NCBI GenBank assembly: GCA_012965955.1 | Contig: DTRK01000002.1 | Span: forward strand, 1-46,400 | Origin: Flavobacteriales bacterium | GTDB lineage: Bacteria > Bacteroidota > Bacteroidia > NORP154 | DNA length: 46,400 nucleotides | Direction of reading: 5' to 3' | Part shown: positions 9,356 through 18,551 of the stretch, piece after piece | Layout: the number at the start of each line of letters is the position of its first letter | Position numbering within the stretch: position 1 is the stretch's first letter | Notes under the pieces: generated by a model | What the model saw: only the letters and a program-made list of their open reading frames with translations | Database searches by the model: none | Told to the model about the DNA's origin: nothing | Translations under genes and position numbers: made by a program

Positions 9356-10508
9356 TGTCCTTGGCGGTAATGTCCTTGTCACAGAGGATGATCAACCGCT
9401 CCACTACGTTGCGTAGTTCGCGGATATTTCCCGACCAATCTATCTTTTTTAGCTCTGTATATGCGTCTTTTCCAAATTTCTTGATAGGCATGCCATAATC
9501 TTCACAGATCTGTTTTGCGAAGTGCTCGGTCAGGGCTGGAATGTCATCTTTCCTGTCATTCAGCGAGGGAACATGGAGGAGAATAACACTTAGCCGATGG
9601 TAGAGGTCTTCTCTAAAGTTTCCCTCTGCAATTTCCTTTTGCAAATCCTTATTGGTCGCGGCAATGACCCTAACATTCACCTTAATATCTTTCTCGCCAC
9701 CAACACGCATGATCTTATTCTCCTGAAGCGCTCGAAGCACCTTTGCCTGAGCAGACAAGCTCATGTCTCCAATCTCATCAAGGAATATGGTTCCGCCTTC
9801 AGCCTGCTCGAAGTTCCCTTTCCGTTGCTTGATAGCAGAGGTGAATGCCCCTTTTTCATGTCCAAATAGCTCAGATTCGATAAGCTCTGAGGGGATTGCT
9901 GCACAATTCACCTCCACGAATGGAGCTCCGGCACGGTCACTCTTTTCATGCACCCAGCGGGCAACCAGTTCTTTACCCGTGCCATTCTCTCCGGTTATCA
10001 TCACCCTGGCATTGGTAGGCGCGACTTTATCAATCATATCCTGAATGGCGTTAAGTGCCTTTGATGAGCCAACCATGTCATAGGTCTTCGATATTTTTCG
10101 CTTCAACACCTTAGTCTCACTCACTAGTGAGGCTCGGTCCAGGGCGTTTCGTACCGTAATCAGAAGCCGGTTAAGATCCAAGGGCTTTGAGATATAGTCA
10201 AATGCTCCTTTTTTAATGGCATCAACCGCCGTATCTATATTGCCGTGTCCTGAAATCATAATTACCGGAAATTCTTCCCCGTCAGCAATGATCTTGTCAA
10301 GGACTTCCGTCCCATCCATTTTGGGCATTTTGATATCACAGAGAACAGCATCAAAATCCCCAGCTTTGATCATTTTAAGCCCTTCCATTCCGTCAGCGGC
10401 CTCTTCTACTTCGTACTTTTCGTACTCCAGGATTTCACGTAAGGAGCTGCGTATGCTCTTCTCATCATCTATAACCAGGATCTTTGACATAACATCTTCG
10501 GTTTCCAT
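9333..10508 (-). CDS. Sigma-54-dependent response regulator (receiver + AAA+ domain) lacking a C-terminal HTH
   Basis: The receiver has ILVIDDE and LCDIKMP. The AAA+ domain has Walker A GENGTGKE, Walker B IFLDEIGDM, the GAFTSA loop and NIRELRNVVERL. The protein ends 21 aa after that motif. An alternative start (MSKILVIDDE) lies at 10490. Confidence 0.9.
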   Translation of the reverse strand: METEDVMSKILVIDDEKSIRSSLREILEYEKYEVEEAADGMEGLKMIKAGDFDAVLCDIKMPKMDGTEVLDKIIADGEEFPVIMISGHGNIDTAVDAIKKGAFDYISKPLDLNRLLITVRNALDRASLVSETKVLKRKISKTYDMVGSSKALNAIQDMIDKVAPTNARVMITGENGTGKELVARWVHEKSDRAGAPFVEVNCAAIPSELIESELFGHEKGAFTSAIKQRKGNFEQAEGGTIFLDEIGDMSLSAQAKVLRALQENKIMRVGGEKDIKVNVRVIAATNKDLQKEIAEGNFREDLYHRLSVILLHVPSLNDRKDDIPALTEHFAKQICEDYGMPIKKFGKDAYTELKKIDWSGNIRELRNVVERLIILCDKDITAKDITNHVKK

Positions 10509-10668
10509 AGCTAATATATGTGTTTTTAATTTCTAATGACCCATTAACTCAATTGGGCTGATAGCCCACGCTTATCAATTACTGAGCCATAATGGAGAAA
10601 GGGCGGGGGCGAAACGGATATAAGAAACAACCGACAACATTAACTAAACCAAACAATCAGGAGCTAAA

Positions 10669-11610
10669 TCAATCTGTACCCAACTCGCTTATAACGCCCT
10701 CCCTAAGTGAGTAGGTCGAGAGCCTGATCTTGCTCAGGGAGAACTTCTTTATCGTGTAGTTGATAAATGTGCTGGCAAGTGGAATGGTTTCTATCCGATA
10801 GGCTACCAGGCCTTTCATTTGGGCCCTTTCATTAGCATTGGATTTAATTAATTTGCCGTGAAGCTCTTTAAGCTCTTTTAGGGAGAAGGAGTATTCGGTT
10901 TTTCCTCTTAATCCATTCTCACTGCCAGCGTTTTCTAAAATCATCTCTGCCAGTGACTCAAAGGAGCCGGATGACCCTATTAATCCTGATATCGCATACT
11001 TGTCTACCGCCTCGAACAGGATGGACATTTTTTCATTGAGATAAACTTCGAATCGTTTAATATCTGATTCCGTAAGCGGATCGGCTGGTTTTAAGTACTC
11101 AAAGATTCGGGAGACACCCAGGTCGAAACTGTGCTTCCAAAGGACCTGTTTATTATTTGCAATGACGAATTCAGTACTGCCACCGCCTATATCCATGATC
11201 AGCTCGGGCTCATCACCGATTTCCAATGCCCGGCTGACCCCTTTGTAAATCAAGTCTGCTTCCCTGTCTCCGGAAATGATATTGATTTCGATACCAGTTT
11301 GGTTCTCAGCCTCCTGAACGAACTCAGCACCGTTTTGCGCATCTCTCATGGCTGATGTAGCAAAAGCATAGATGTTCTCAACACGATGCTCCCTAATGGT
11401 CATTTGGTGGGCCCTAATCGCAGCTATGCCTCTCTCAAAAGCCTCGGGGGTGATGATCTTTTCGGCAAATCCCCCGGCGCCAAGTTTGGCGGGAATTTTT
11501 GTCTTGAAAACAATGCGGTACTCCTCTCCGTACTGCTTAACAATTAGAAGATTAAAGGTGTTCGTACCCAGATCAATAATGGCGGCACCATTCATTAGTA
11601 CCAGAGCCAT
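10669..11610 (-). CDS. Ppx/GppA-family phosphatase, short form (~310 aa)
   Basis: It shows ASKHA-fold motifs IDLGTNTFNLLIV and DIGGGSTEF. An alternative ATG at 11595 gives a 1-nt TAATG overlap with the permease stop. Confidence 0.85.
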   Translation of the reverse strand: MALVLMNGAAIIDLGTNTFNLLIVKQYGEEYRIVFKTKIPAKLGAGGFAEKIITPEAFERGIAAIRAHQMTIREHRVENIYAFATSAMRDAQNGAEFVQEAENQTGIEINIISGDREADLIYKGVSRALEIGDEPELIMDIGGGSTEFVIANNKQVLWKHSFDLGVSRIFEYLKPADPLTESDIKRFEVYLNEKMSILFEAVDKYAISGLIGSSGSFESLAEMILENAGSENGLRGKTEYSFSLKELKELHGKLIKSNANERAQMKGLVAYRIETIPLASTFINYTIKKFSLSKIRLSTYSLREGVISELGTD

Positions 11611-12914
11611 TTCCAGATCTCCCTATAGCTTACCTTCTTCCCATACATAAGGATGCCTGTTCGATAGATTCTCCCTGATAACCACACGGTAAATACAAAT
11701 GCAGCGATAAGCAGAACACTGGACAACAGCATCTCCCATATCGGAACATTGCCCATGGCAACCCTAACCATCATTACAATTGGTGATGTGAGGGGTACAA
11801 TTGACAGCCAAAAGGCTGCCGGGCCTTCGGGGTTTTCGATTATAAATACGGACATCACATAGGCAAACACGAGGGGCATGGTAACCGGCAGCATAAATTG
11901 TTGGGTATCTGTTTCACTGTCTACTGCTGAGCCAATTGCCGCAAATAGCGCTGAATAGAGGAGATACCCCCCAAGAAAAAAGAAGAGAAACCATCCAATC
12001 ATGATAGGCCAATTAATCATGAATATTATATTGTCTTCATCTATTAGCGCCTTGGTATTGAAGGCGTTTGCAGCTTCCACTTTTTTGGCCATTTCCGGTG
12101 TCATCTGCTCCGCAACTTTGTCGACGCCAAAATTGCTCTCATAGATTACAGACTGCCCAATAGCCATAATGCCAAATGTCAGGGCTACCCAGATGGCTAT
12201 TTGTGTTAGTCCGACGAGTGCTACTCCAACGATTTTGCCCATCATGAGCTGAAAGGGCTTGACGGAGGAGATAATAATCTCAACAATACGGCTGGTTTTT
12301 TCCTCAATGACACCGCGCATCACCTGAACACCGTACAGAAAGATGAACATATAGATGACCAGCCCAAATGCGAAGCCTACGTAAGCCTTTTCTTTGGACA
12401 GATCTTCTTCCTCCCCTGATTTGCTAAACAAAACAGGGTGCAGGGTCACAGTGCTTTTCACCTTGTAAAAATCTTCTCTGTCGATTCCAAACTGGACAAG
12501 GTTCAGGCTTTCGACAATTCCTTCTACCTTCTTTTCAATGCTGCGCAATACGAATGAGCTTGGATGCTTCTTGAAGAACAGCTGAGCGGCCTTGGCATTC
12601 AGAATGTTTTTTGGCAAATAGAGGACACCCGTAAAATCAGACTCAAGCAATTTTGCCTTGGCACTGTCAAGCGACATGTCCGTATACACAAATTTCACAT
12701 TTCTTGTACTCTTGGATTTAAGCATTGCGAAAGCAGGGTTCAAATCGTCAACCACAATTAACTTCTGGTTTTCATTTTCAGCCATTCCCATCCATATTAC
12801 CAGCATCATCATCCCCGCAATCAGCAACGGCCCCAGCAATGAGAGAACGAGAAAGGACTTCTTCTTAACCCGGGTTAGGTATTCGCGTTGTATGATGAGT
12901 GAAATCTTTCCCAT
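11595..12914 (-). CDS. ABC-2 type transporter permease (NatB-like)
   Basis: One N-terminal TM helix and a large loop are followed by 5 clustered TM helices. It starts 1 nt after the stop of the ATPase gene. Confidence 0.8.
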   Translation of the reverse strand: MGKISLIIQREYLTRVKKKSFLVLSLLGPLLIAGMMMLVIWMGMAENENQKLIVVDDLNPAFAMLKSKSTRNVKFVYTDMSLDSAKAKLLESDFTGVLYLPKNILNAKAAQLFFKKHPSSFVLRSIEKKVEGIVESLNLVQFGIDREDFYKVKSTVTLHPVLFSKSGEEEDLSKEKAYVGFAFGLVIYMFIFLYGVQVMRGVIEEKTSRIVEIIISSVKPFQLMMGKIVGVALVGLTQIAIWVALTFGIMAIGQSVIYESNFGVDKVAEQMTPEMAKKVEAANAFNTKALIDEDNIIFMINWPIMIGWFLFFFLGGYLLYSALFAAIGSAVDSETDTQQFMLPVTMPLVFAYVMSVFIIENPEGPAAFWLSIVPLTSPIVMMVRVAMGNVPIWEMLLSSVLLIAAFVFTVWLSGRIYRTGILMYGKKVSYREIWKWLWY

Positions 12915-12915
12915 C

Positions 12916-13842
12916 TCAGCGCCCCTTGTTCTTGTTAACCTCTTCTATGAAGATGTCACGTATTGATGGGATTTGCTCAGTGCAGAATTCCACTTCCACA
13001 TGCGGGATGATTGCTTGTAATAGGGTATTCAGCCTGATGCCGTCAGCGAGTTTGATCTTTGCCTTATTCAGACCTTCATCTTGCCCTTCCTCAATTAATT
13101 CATGTCCGTTGAGCCCCTTCTTTAACGCTGCAAAATCCCCCCTGAATCCAATATTGTAGGTGTTGGATTTGTGTGATGACCGAATATCTTTTAGCTTTCC
13201 GTCCAGAATTTTTTTAGAATTATCAATCAGGGCGATGTGGTCACAGAGCTCTTCAACAGATTCCATATTATGGGTTGAGAAGATGATGGTGGCGCCATTT
13301 TCCTTGAGTGCCAGGATTTCGTTTTTAATGAGCTCCGTATTAATGGGGTCGAATCCAGAGAAGGGCTCATCAAATATCAATAGCTCAGGTTCGTGCAGTA
13401 CGGTAATGATGAACTGTATCTTTTGCTGCATGCCCTTGGACAGCTCCTCTACTTTCTTGTCCCACCAGGCCTCTATTTCAAACTTGATAAACCATTCCTT
13501 GAGTCTCTCTAGTGCTACACTCTTCTTCAATCCTTTTAGCTGGGCAAGATAAAGCGCCTGCTCTCCAACCTTCATCTTCTTGTAGAGGCCTCGTTCTTCA
13601 GGGAGGTATCCGATACGGCAGATATGTTCAGGACATAGGGGTTCACCATTGAAATATGCGGTACCAGAATCTGGCGCCATGATTTGATTGATGATTCTAA
13701 TGAGTGATGTTTTGCCGGCACCATTGGGGCCAAGCAGCCCAAAAACACTCTGCTTGTCAACCGTAATGCTGACATTGTCAAGAGCCAAATGATTGGCGTA
13801 GCGCTTGGTAATATTCTCGGAACGAAAGATTTCTTCAGCCAT
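12916..13842 (-). CDS. ABC transporter ATP-binding protein
   Basis: Walker A GPNGAGKTS, signature LSKGMQQK and Walker B LLIFDEPFSGFD. The ORF-track start at 13872 is TTG. The first ATG (MAEEIF...) is at 13842. Confidence 0.9.
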   Translation of the reverse strand: MAEEIFRSENITKRYANHLALDNVSITVDKQSVFGLLGPNGAGKTSLIRIINQIMAPDSGTAYFNGEPLCPEHICRIGYLPEERGLYKKMKVGEQALYLAQLKGLKKSVALERLKEWFIKFEIEAWWDKKVEELSKGMQQKIQFIITVLHEPELLIFDEPFSGFDPINTELIKNEILALKENGATIIFSTHNMESVEELCDHIALIDNSKKILDGKLKDIRSSHKSNTYNIGFRGDFAALKKGLNGHELIEEGQDEGLNKAKIKLADGIRLNTLLQAIIPHVEVEFCTEQIPSIRDIFIEEVNKNKGR

Positions 13843-13949
13843 AAAGGCAGTATTTAAGCCGCAGGGAAACAAGTGTTTCTAGAGGCCCAAAGATAAAAGT
13901 ATCGGGTAGAAGAACGGTGCAGAAATTAATAAATTGTACAGTGGCCTTG

Positions 13950-15893
13950 CTAGTACATTATGAGTTTGCCTAAAGCAATCTCACCATTATTGGACCATGC
14001 CTTGTACATGTAAACCCCTGCCATAAGCTCGGATTTATCGAGGAATAGCTGGTCTGATCCAAGAGGGAATTGCCTGGTAAGTACTTTCTTGCCCAAGAGG
14101 TCATACAAAGTAATGAAGACATCATTATTTGTGTTTGCTCGTACAAATGTTACCATCGTATTGCCTCCTGCCGGATTTGGATAAACGGAGATAGCCATCT
14201 TTTTCATGTACTTCTCAATTCCCACGTAGGCACCAATAGTTGTGCTTCCATTTATCATTGCTCCGAGCCCGTCTGTCATGGTTACTGTATACATTCCTTC
14301 ACAAAGCCCTGTAGCCGTTTGAATGGTTTGAGCTGCAGGGTCGTCCCACATATAAGTAAACGGTGCATCTCCTCCCGTAGGAGTAGCTGTTGCCGTGCCA
14401 TCACAATTTCCTGGACCCATTAGTCCCGTACTAGCCACTGTAAGGCCAATAGGAGGAGGGGTTCGCCTTTCCGTAGTGTACTGAAGGAATATGAGCATCA
14501 TCTCATCGTTGGTGGTTATTCCAAATCCCACATCTTCCGTACTGTCGTTATTGAAAGTCGCCTCGTGTATAAGACCGTCATCCGCTTTAATCACGAATGT
14601 ATCAGGATCGAAGAACCTTACTGCAGGATCTTCATAATCATAGTATCCCTGGTAGAATGTATAATCGAAGTCGTAGAACCCGTCATATACTTGCTGTCCT
14701 TTTCCGCCACCTGGATTTCTTAAATAGATGTTGTACCCAACGCCAAATTTATGCGTGTGCGATGATAGCAACCATATATACAAGCTGTCAGCCCCTCCTC
14801 CAGTCAGATCGGCACCAGTAACATCACCCTGGAACGCATAGTCCGTACCATCATTAGGGATACAGAATGGATTTACGCTACAGGGTATAACTGATAATGG
14901 CAATGTGGAATACAATACCAAATCAGAGATCATTTCTGTTGTGGAAGTTTTCTTAGGCCGTAAATACACATTGGTATAAACTTCTGCTTTCAATATGGAA
15001 TCAGGCGAGTAGTTTCTGACGTGCAAGTTCATGTCTAAGGTCGTCCCCGGATCCCAAAAATATGCAGTTCCAAATGGGAGAACGATGTCATTTTCATTCT
15101 GCCACGCTGCAACCATAGTGGTTCCATTAACAAATGCGTCTGTTAATAGGGTAACTTCTCTTAATCCCGCAGGTTGGACATCAGCTGATGCTTGATTATC
15201 GTATTTGTAAATAATATAGTGATGTGACTCAACATCAATATAAGTTTCAAGGCGAGTAATCTCCATATTCTCAGTGATGTTGGGGAGTTTTCGTTTAAGG
15301 AAAAACTCTCTCTCAGAGTTGGGTTCCATAAATATTGATCCAAAGTGGATTTGAAATCCATCAGCAGGGTTAGGAGCAGCTAATGGGTCTTCATGGGCAA
15401 GGCCACCAATATTGTGATAATCCATTACTACTTGTGTGTCAATAACATTTCCGGTTTGAGGGGCTCCATTTAATATCCACGCATTGATAATGTCTATTTC
15501 TACATCAGATAGCGGCGGCGCTGTTTTAGGCATTGCTGCTCCTTGGGCTATACCATCCAGGTCATTGTCAGGGTCCAATCCATTATTCACCTTTTTCAAC
15601 AAGAAACTGAAATGCGGGTAACCAGGATCTACCAGTTTATAGCCCATGGAGACTGCATCGGGATTTGTCGGTGAAACATTGACCATGCTGTTGTACACAT
15701 CAGACTCGGTTCCAACGAGTGTTAGTGGATTGGGCGACACAGCACTGTGACAGGTTGTACCTGCGCAGCTGGTTTGTAAAATTGCGTGAACTTTGCTCCA
15801 GGTACTTTGAGCGGTGAGGTTTTGGGGCAGGGTAGATAGGAGGATAATTAAGGCAAGAGCTACAAATTTACCCACGAAAAGCTTATTAAACAT
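13950..15893 (-). CDS. T9SS-secreted multidomain protein: signal peptide, cytochrome-c-like module, PHM/DBH-like copper monooxygenase-like core, SprB repeat, type-A Por C-terminal domain
   Basis: The signal peptide ends at LTAQ. The SCAGTTCH...MPKTAPPLSDVEIDIINAWILNGAP segment is the cytochrome-c-like module. Candidate copper ligands are HH224/225, H291, H379xH381 and M465. The SprB-type repeat is CDGTATATPTGGDAPFTYMWDD...GMYTVTMTDGLG. The C-terminus VYPNPAGGNTMVTF...GVYMYKA...GKLIMY is the type-A sorting domain. Confidence 0.75.
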   Translation of the reverse strand: MFNKLFVGKFVALALIILLSTLPQNLTAQSTWSKVHAILQTSCAGTTCHSAVSPNPLTLVGTESDVYNSMVNVSPTNPDAVSMGYKLVDPGYPHFSFLLKKVNNGLDPDNDLDGIAQGAAMPKTAPPLSDVEIDIINAWILNGAPQTGNVIDTQVVMDYHNIGGLAHEDPLAAPNPADGFQIHFGSIFMEPNSEREFFLKRKLPNITENMEITRLETYIDVESHHYIIYKYDNQASADVQPAGLREVTLLTDAFVNGTTMVAAWQNENDIVLPFGTAYFWDPGTTLDMNLHVRNYSPDSILKAEVYTNVYLRPKKTSTTEMISDLVLYSTLPLSVIPCSVNPFCIPNDGTDYAFQGDVTGADLTGGGADSLYIWLLSSHTHKFGVGYNIYLRNPGGGKGQQVYDGFYDFDYTFYQGYYDYEDPAVRFFDPDTFVIKADDGLIHEATFNNDSTEDVGFGITTNDEMMLIFLQYTTERRTPPPIGLTVASTGLMGPGNCDGTATATPTGGDAPFTYMWDDPAAQTIQTATGLCEGMYTVTMTDGLGAMINGSTTIGAYVGIEKYMKKMAISVYPNPAGGNTMVTFVRANTNNDVFITLYDLLGKKVLTRQFPLGSDQLFLDKSELMAGVYMYKAWSNNGEIALGKLIMY

Positions 15894-15978
15894 GACCTAA
15901 GGTATTAGTTATGCATAACAAATATACCTAAAATTAGCTGTAAACTACGCCAAGCCTAATGCTGTTTGGACGAAGATT

Positions 15979-17136
15979 CTATTTAAAGAATTGATGCATT
16001 TTTTCAAAGAATCCCTTCTCATCCCCGGCGGGGTTGGGCTTGAAGTTCTCAGAATCTCTAAGGTCTTCGAGAATTTTCTTCTCTTCCTTGGACAACTCTT
16101 GCGGTGTCCAAACGTTGATGTTTACCAACAGATCACCGCTTCCATATCCATTGACACTAGGTAGTCCTTTCCCACGAAGCCTTAGTAGTTTGCCTGACTG
16201 TGTGCCCTGTTCCACCTTAATTTTGGCTTTACCAGTTAGCGTCGGTACTTCAGCAGTTGATCCCAAAGCGGCATCAGCAAAATGAATGTATAGGTCGTAA
16301 TAGAGGTTGTTTCCGTCCCTCTTCAGGCTGGCATGCTTAACTTCTTCAATTAATACAATCAGGTCTCCTGAAATTCCTCCTCGCGCTCCAGCATTTCCTT
16401 TCCCGCTGACTGCGAGCTGCATTCCATCTTCAACTCCGGCGGGAATATTTAAAGTGATTGTGTCCTCTCCTTGTAGTATGCCATCACCAATGCATGTTTT
16501 ACATTTGGCAGTAATAATTTGCCCTTCGCCTCCACATGATGGACATGTGGACGATGTTTGCATGGCGCCTAGGATGGTGTTGGATACCCTCGTTACCTGT
16601 CCAGTGCCGTTGCACTGGCTGCAATTGCTATATGCGCCTCCATCTTCCGCCCCGGTTCCGTTACAATCGTCACAGGACAGGTACTTTTGCACCTTTACTT
16701 TCTTCTCGGCACCCTCAGCAATTTCTTCGAGTGTAAGTTTAACTTTAATGCGAAGGTTGGACCCTTTGTTAACTCTTCTTCTGCCACTTTGGCCGCCACC
16801 AAAGAAGCTATCAAAGGGGCTGCCACCACCACTGCCAAAGATGTCGCCGAATTGACTGAAGATATCCTCCATACTCATTCCGCCACCAAAGCCACCGCCA
16901 CCAGCCGCGCCACCTAATCCCGCATGGCCGAACTGATCGTAGCGACCTTTCTTTTCTGGATTGCTCAAGATCTCATAAGCCTCAGCAGCTTCCTTGAAAT
17001 GATCTTCCGCACTTGCGTCGTCGGGATTTTTGTCGGGGTGGTACTTAAGGGCCAGCTTCCGGTAAGCTTTTTTAATTTCAGCTTTACCGGCACCCTTGGC
17101 GACTCCCAATATTTCGTAAAAATCTCTTTTAGCCAT
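15979..17136 (-). CDS. dnaJ: Molecular chaperone DnaJ
   Basis: J domain [12 protein letters not shown]...KYHPDKN, a G/F-rich region, and four CxxCxGxG zinc-finger repeats. I prefer the canonical MAKRD start. The ORF track begins 21 nt upstream at 17157. Confidence 0.95.
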   Translation of the reverse strand: MAKRDFYEILGVAKGAGKAEIKKAYRKLALKYHPDKNPDDASAEDHFKEAAEAYEILSNPEKKGRYDQFGHAGLGGAAGGGGFGGGMSMEDIFSQFGDIFGSGGGSPFDSFFGGGQSGRRRVNKGSNLRIKVKLTLEEIAEGAEKKVKVQKYLSCDDCNGTGAEDGGAYSNCSQCNGTGQVTRVSNTILGAMQTSSTCPSCGGEGQIITAKCKTCIGDGILQGEDTITLNIPAGVEDGMQLAVSGKGNAGARGGISGDLIVLIEEVKHASLKRDGNNLYYDLYIHFADAALGSTAEVPTLTGKAKIKVEQGTQSGKLLRLRGKGLPSVNGYGSGDLLVNINVWTPQELSKEEKKILEDLRDSENFKPNPAGDEKGFFEKMHQFFK

Positions 17137-17162
17137 TGTCTTCGTCCTTCCCAGCAATCTGT

Positions 17163-17723
17163 TTAGCTTCCCACAACTACTTTTGCGTGACGGATTACTT
17201 TTCCGTTTAGGAAGAAGCCCTTTTCAATTACATCTACCACTTTGCCTTTTAGCTTCTTTTTTGGGGCGGGAATCTTGGTGATTGCCTCGTGATTGTCGGT
17301 GTCAAATGGTGTGCCCATGGAATTCATGGGTTCAAGTCCCTGTTGCGCCAATGTTTTCATTAACTTGTTTTTGATAAGCTCCATACCCTCCTTTACGTCT
17401 TTATTGTCCTTTGAGTCCTCCGCTGCCTTCATTGCCCTGTCAAAGTCATCCAAAACAGGCAACAGGGACACGATGATGTCTTCAGCTGCAGTTTTGAACA
17501 GTTCGAGCCGCTCCTTAGCCGTTCTTCTCTTGTAATTATCGAACTCTGAATAAAGCCTCAAAAACCGATCATTGAGTTCAGTAATCTGCTCCTCAGGGGT
17601 TTTCTCTTGTTCCGAAGCTGATTCCTCCTCTTCAGACCCCTCCTCTTCAGATTTCTCTTTCTTCGTGTCTTCATCATCTGGCAAAGGCTCTTCCTTTACC
17701 AAATCCTCTTTTTTATCCGCCAT
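17163..17723 (-). CDS. grpE: Nucleotide exchange factor GrpE
   Basis: An acidic N-terminal tail is followed by [17 protein letters not shown] and a C-terminal beta domain. It lies directly upstream of dnaJ. Confidence 0.93.
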   Translation of the reverse strand: MADKKEDLVKEEPLPDDEDTKKEKSEEEGSEEEESASEQEKTPEEQITELNDRFLRLYSEFDNYKRRTAKERLELFKTAAEDIIVSLLPVLDDFDRAMKAAEDSKDNKDVKEGMELIKNKLMKTLAQQGLEPMNSMGTPFDTDNHEAITKIPAPKKKLKGKVVDVIEKGFFLNGKVIRHAKVVVGS

Positions 17724-17846
17724 TTTATCCGATTTTCATTAAATAAAGTTTCCACATGCCCGAATTGCCCAGATTAAAGCCTTAGTCAAATTATCTGCCA
17801 ATTGGAATGATCTGGACACATTGTCATATTATCCAGCATTTTGAAG

Positions 17847-17872
17847 AAAAAAGGAGAGGTTTAGTCCTCACC
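17847..17872 (-). terminator. Rho-independent terminator after the thioredoxin-like gene
   Basis: The minus strand reads GGTGAGGACTAAACCTCTCC followed by TTTTTT. The stem is 7 bp with one mismatch. It sits 25 nt downstream of the stop at 17897. Confidence 0.6.
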
Positions 17873-17896
17873 TTCAGGGTAGTTTGTAAATATTTG

Positions 17897-18514
17897 CTAC
17901 TTGGTCATATGAAGCTCGATTTCATTCACCGCCTTGCTCGACTTGGCCTTACCTGATTTCTGTTTGGGTTTTTTTACAAGCTGCTCTAATGCCTGGTCTA
18001 GCGCGGCCCCTCTTAAATTTCTTGCTACAATGATGCCGTTGGCATCAATTAGCCAGCTAGCGGGAATAGAGTTGACCCGGTACGCTTTTCCTGCTGCTGA
18101 AGCCCATGATTTCAAATCACTCACATGACATGGCCACTCTAGCTTATCTTTGACAATGGCATTCTTCCAATTCGGCATGGCTCTATCCAATGACACTGAG
18201 TAGATAGTAAACCCCTTGGCATTTTTAAATTTCACATCCTTGTACTTGTGATAAACCCTTACAATGTTTGGATTATCCTTTCTGCATGGTCCGCACCAGG
18301 ATGCCCAAAAATCAATGAGTACAATCTTTCCCCTTAGCGATGACAGGGCAATTTCCTCTCCATCGGGATTTTTAAAATTAAGCTCGGGGGCCTGGTTGCC
18401 GACTGCTATTCCAATGGTTGGCTCGTCGGCTGCCTTTTCGTCGTGTAGTTTGAAGCCATAGACAGACAACATAAGCACCAATCCAATCGATAATATTATG
18501 CTTGCTTTTTCCAT
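17897..18514 (-). CDS. TlpA-like thiol:disulfide oxidoreductase (thioredoxin fold), membrane-anchored
   Basis: An N-terminal TM/signal anchor and the active site FWASWCGPC. Confidence 0.88.
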   Translation of the reverse strand: MEKASIILSIGLVLMLSVYGFKLHDEKAADEPTIGIAVGNQAPELNFKNPDGEEIALSSLRGKIVLIDFWASWCGPCRKDNPNIVRVYHKYKDVKFKNAKGFTIYSVSLDRAMPNWKNAIVKDKLEWPCHVSDLKSWASAAGKAYRVNSIPASWLIDANGIIVARNLRGAALDQALEQLVKKPKQKSGKAKSSKAVNEIELHMTK

Positions 18515-18551
18515 TTTATATCTGGTTGGGTTAATACAAAGTTATAAAATA

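Noticed and set aside
15747-15767. Reading CAGTTCH as a bona fide c-type heme attachment site
   Set aside because: The spacing is CX4CH, not CXXCH. I report it as an open question in the findings rather than annotating a cytochrome.
15908-15919. 12-nt perfect palindrome GTTATGCATAAC, 15 nt upstream of the 647-aa gene start
   Set aside because: It is AT-rich, and about ten 12-nt palindromes are expected by chance in 46 kb. It has no second copy and no recognisable operator family.
17724-17896. Searched the grpE upstream region for a CIRCE (TTAGCACTC-N9-GAGTGCTAA) heat-shock operator and a TAnnTTTG box
   Set aside because: Neither is present. Only the upstream gene's terminator could be supported.
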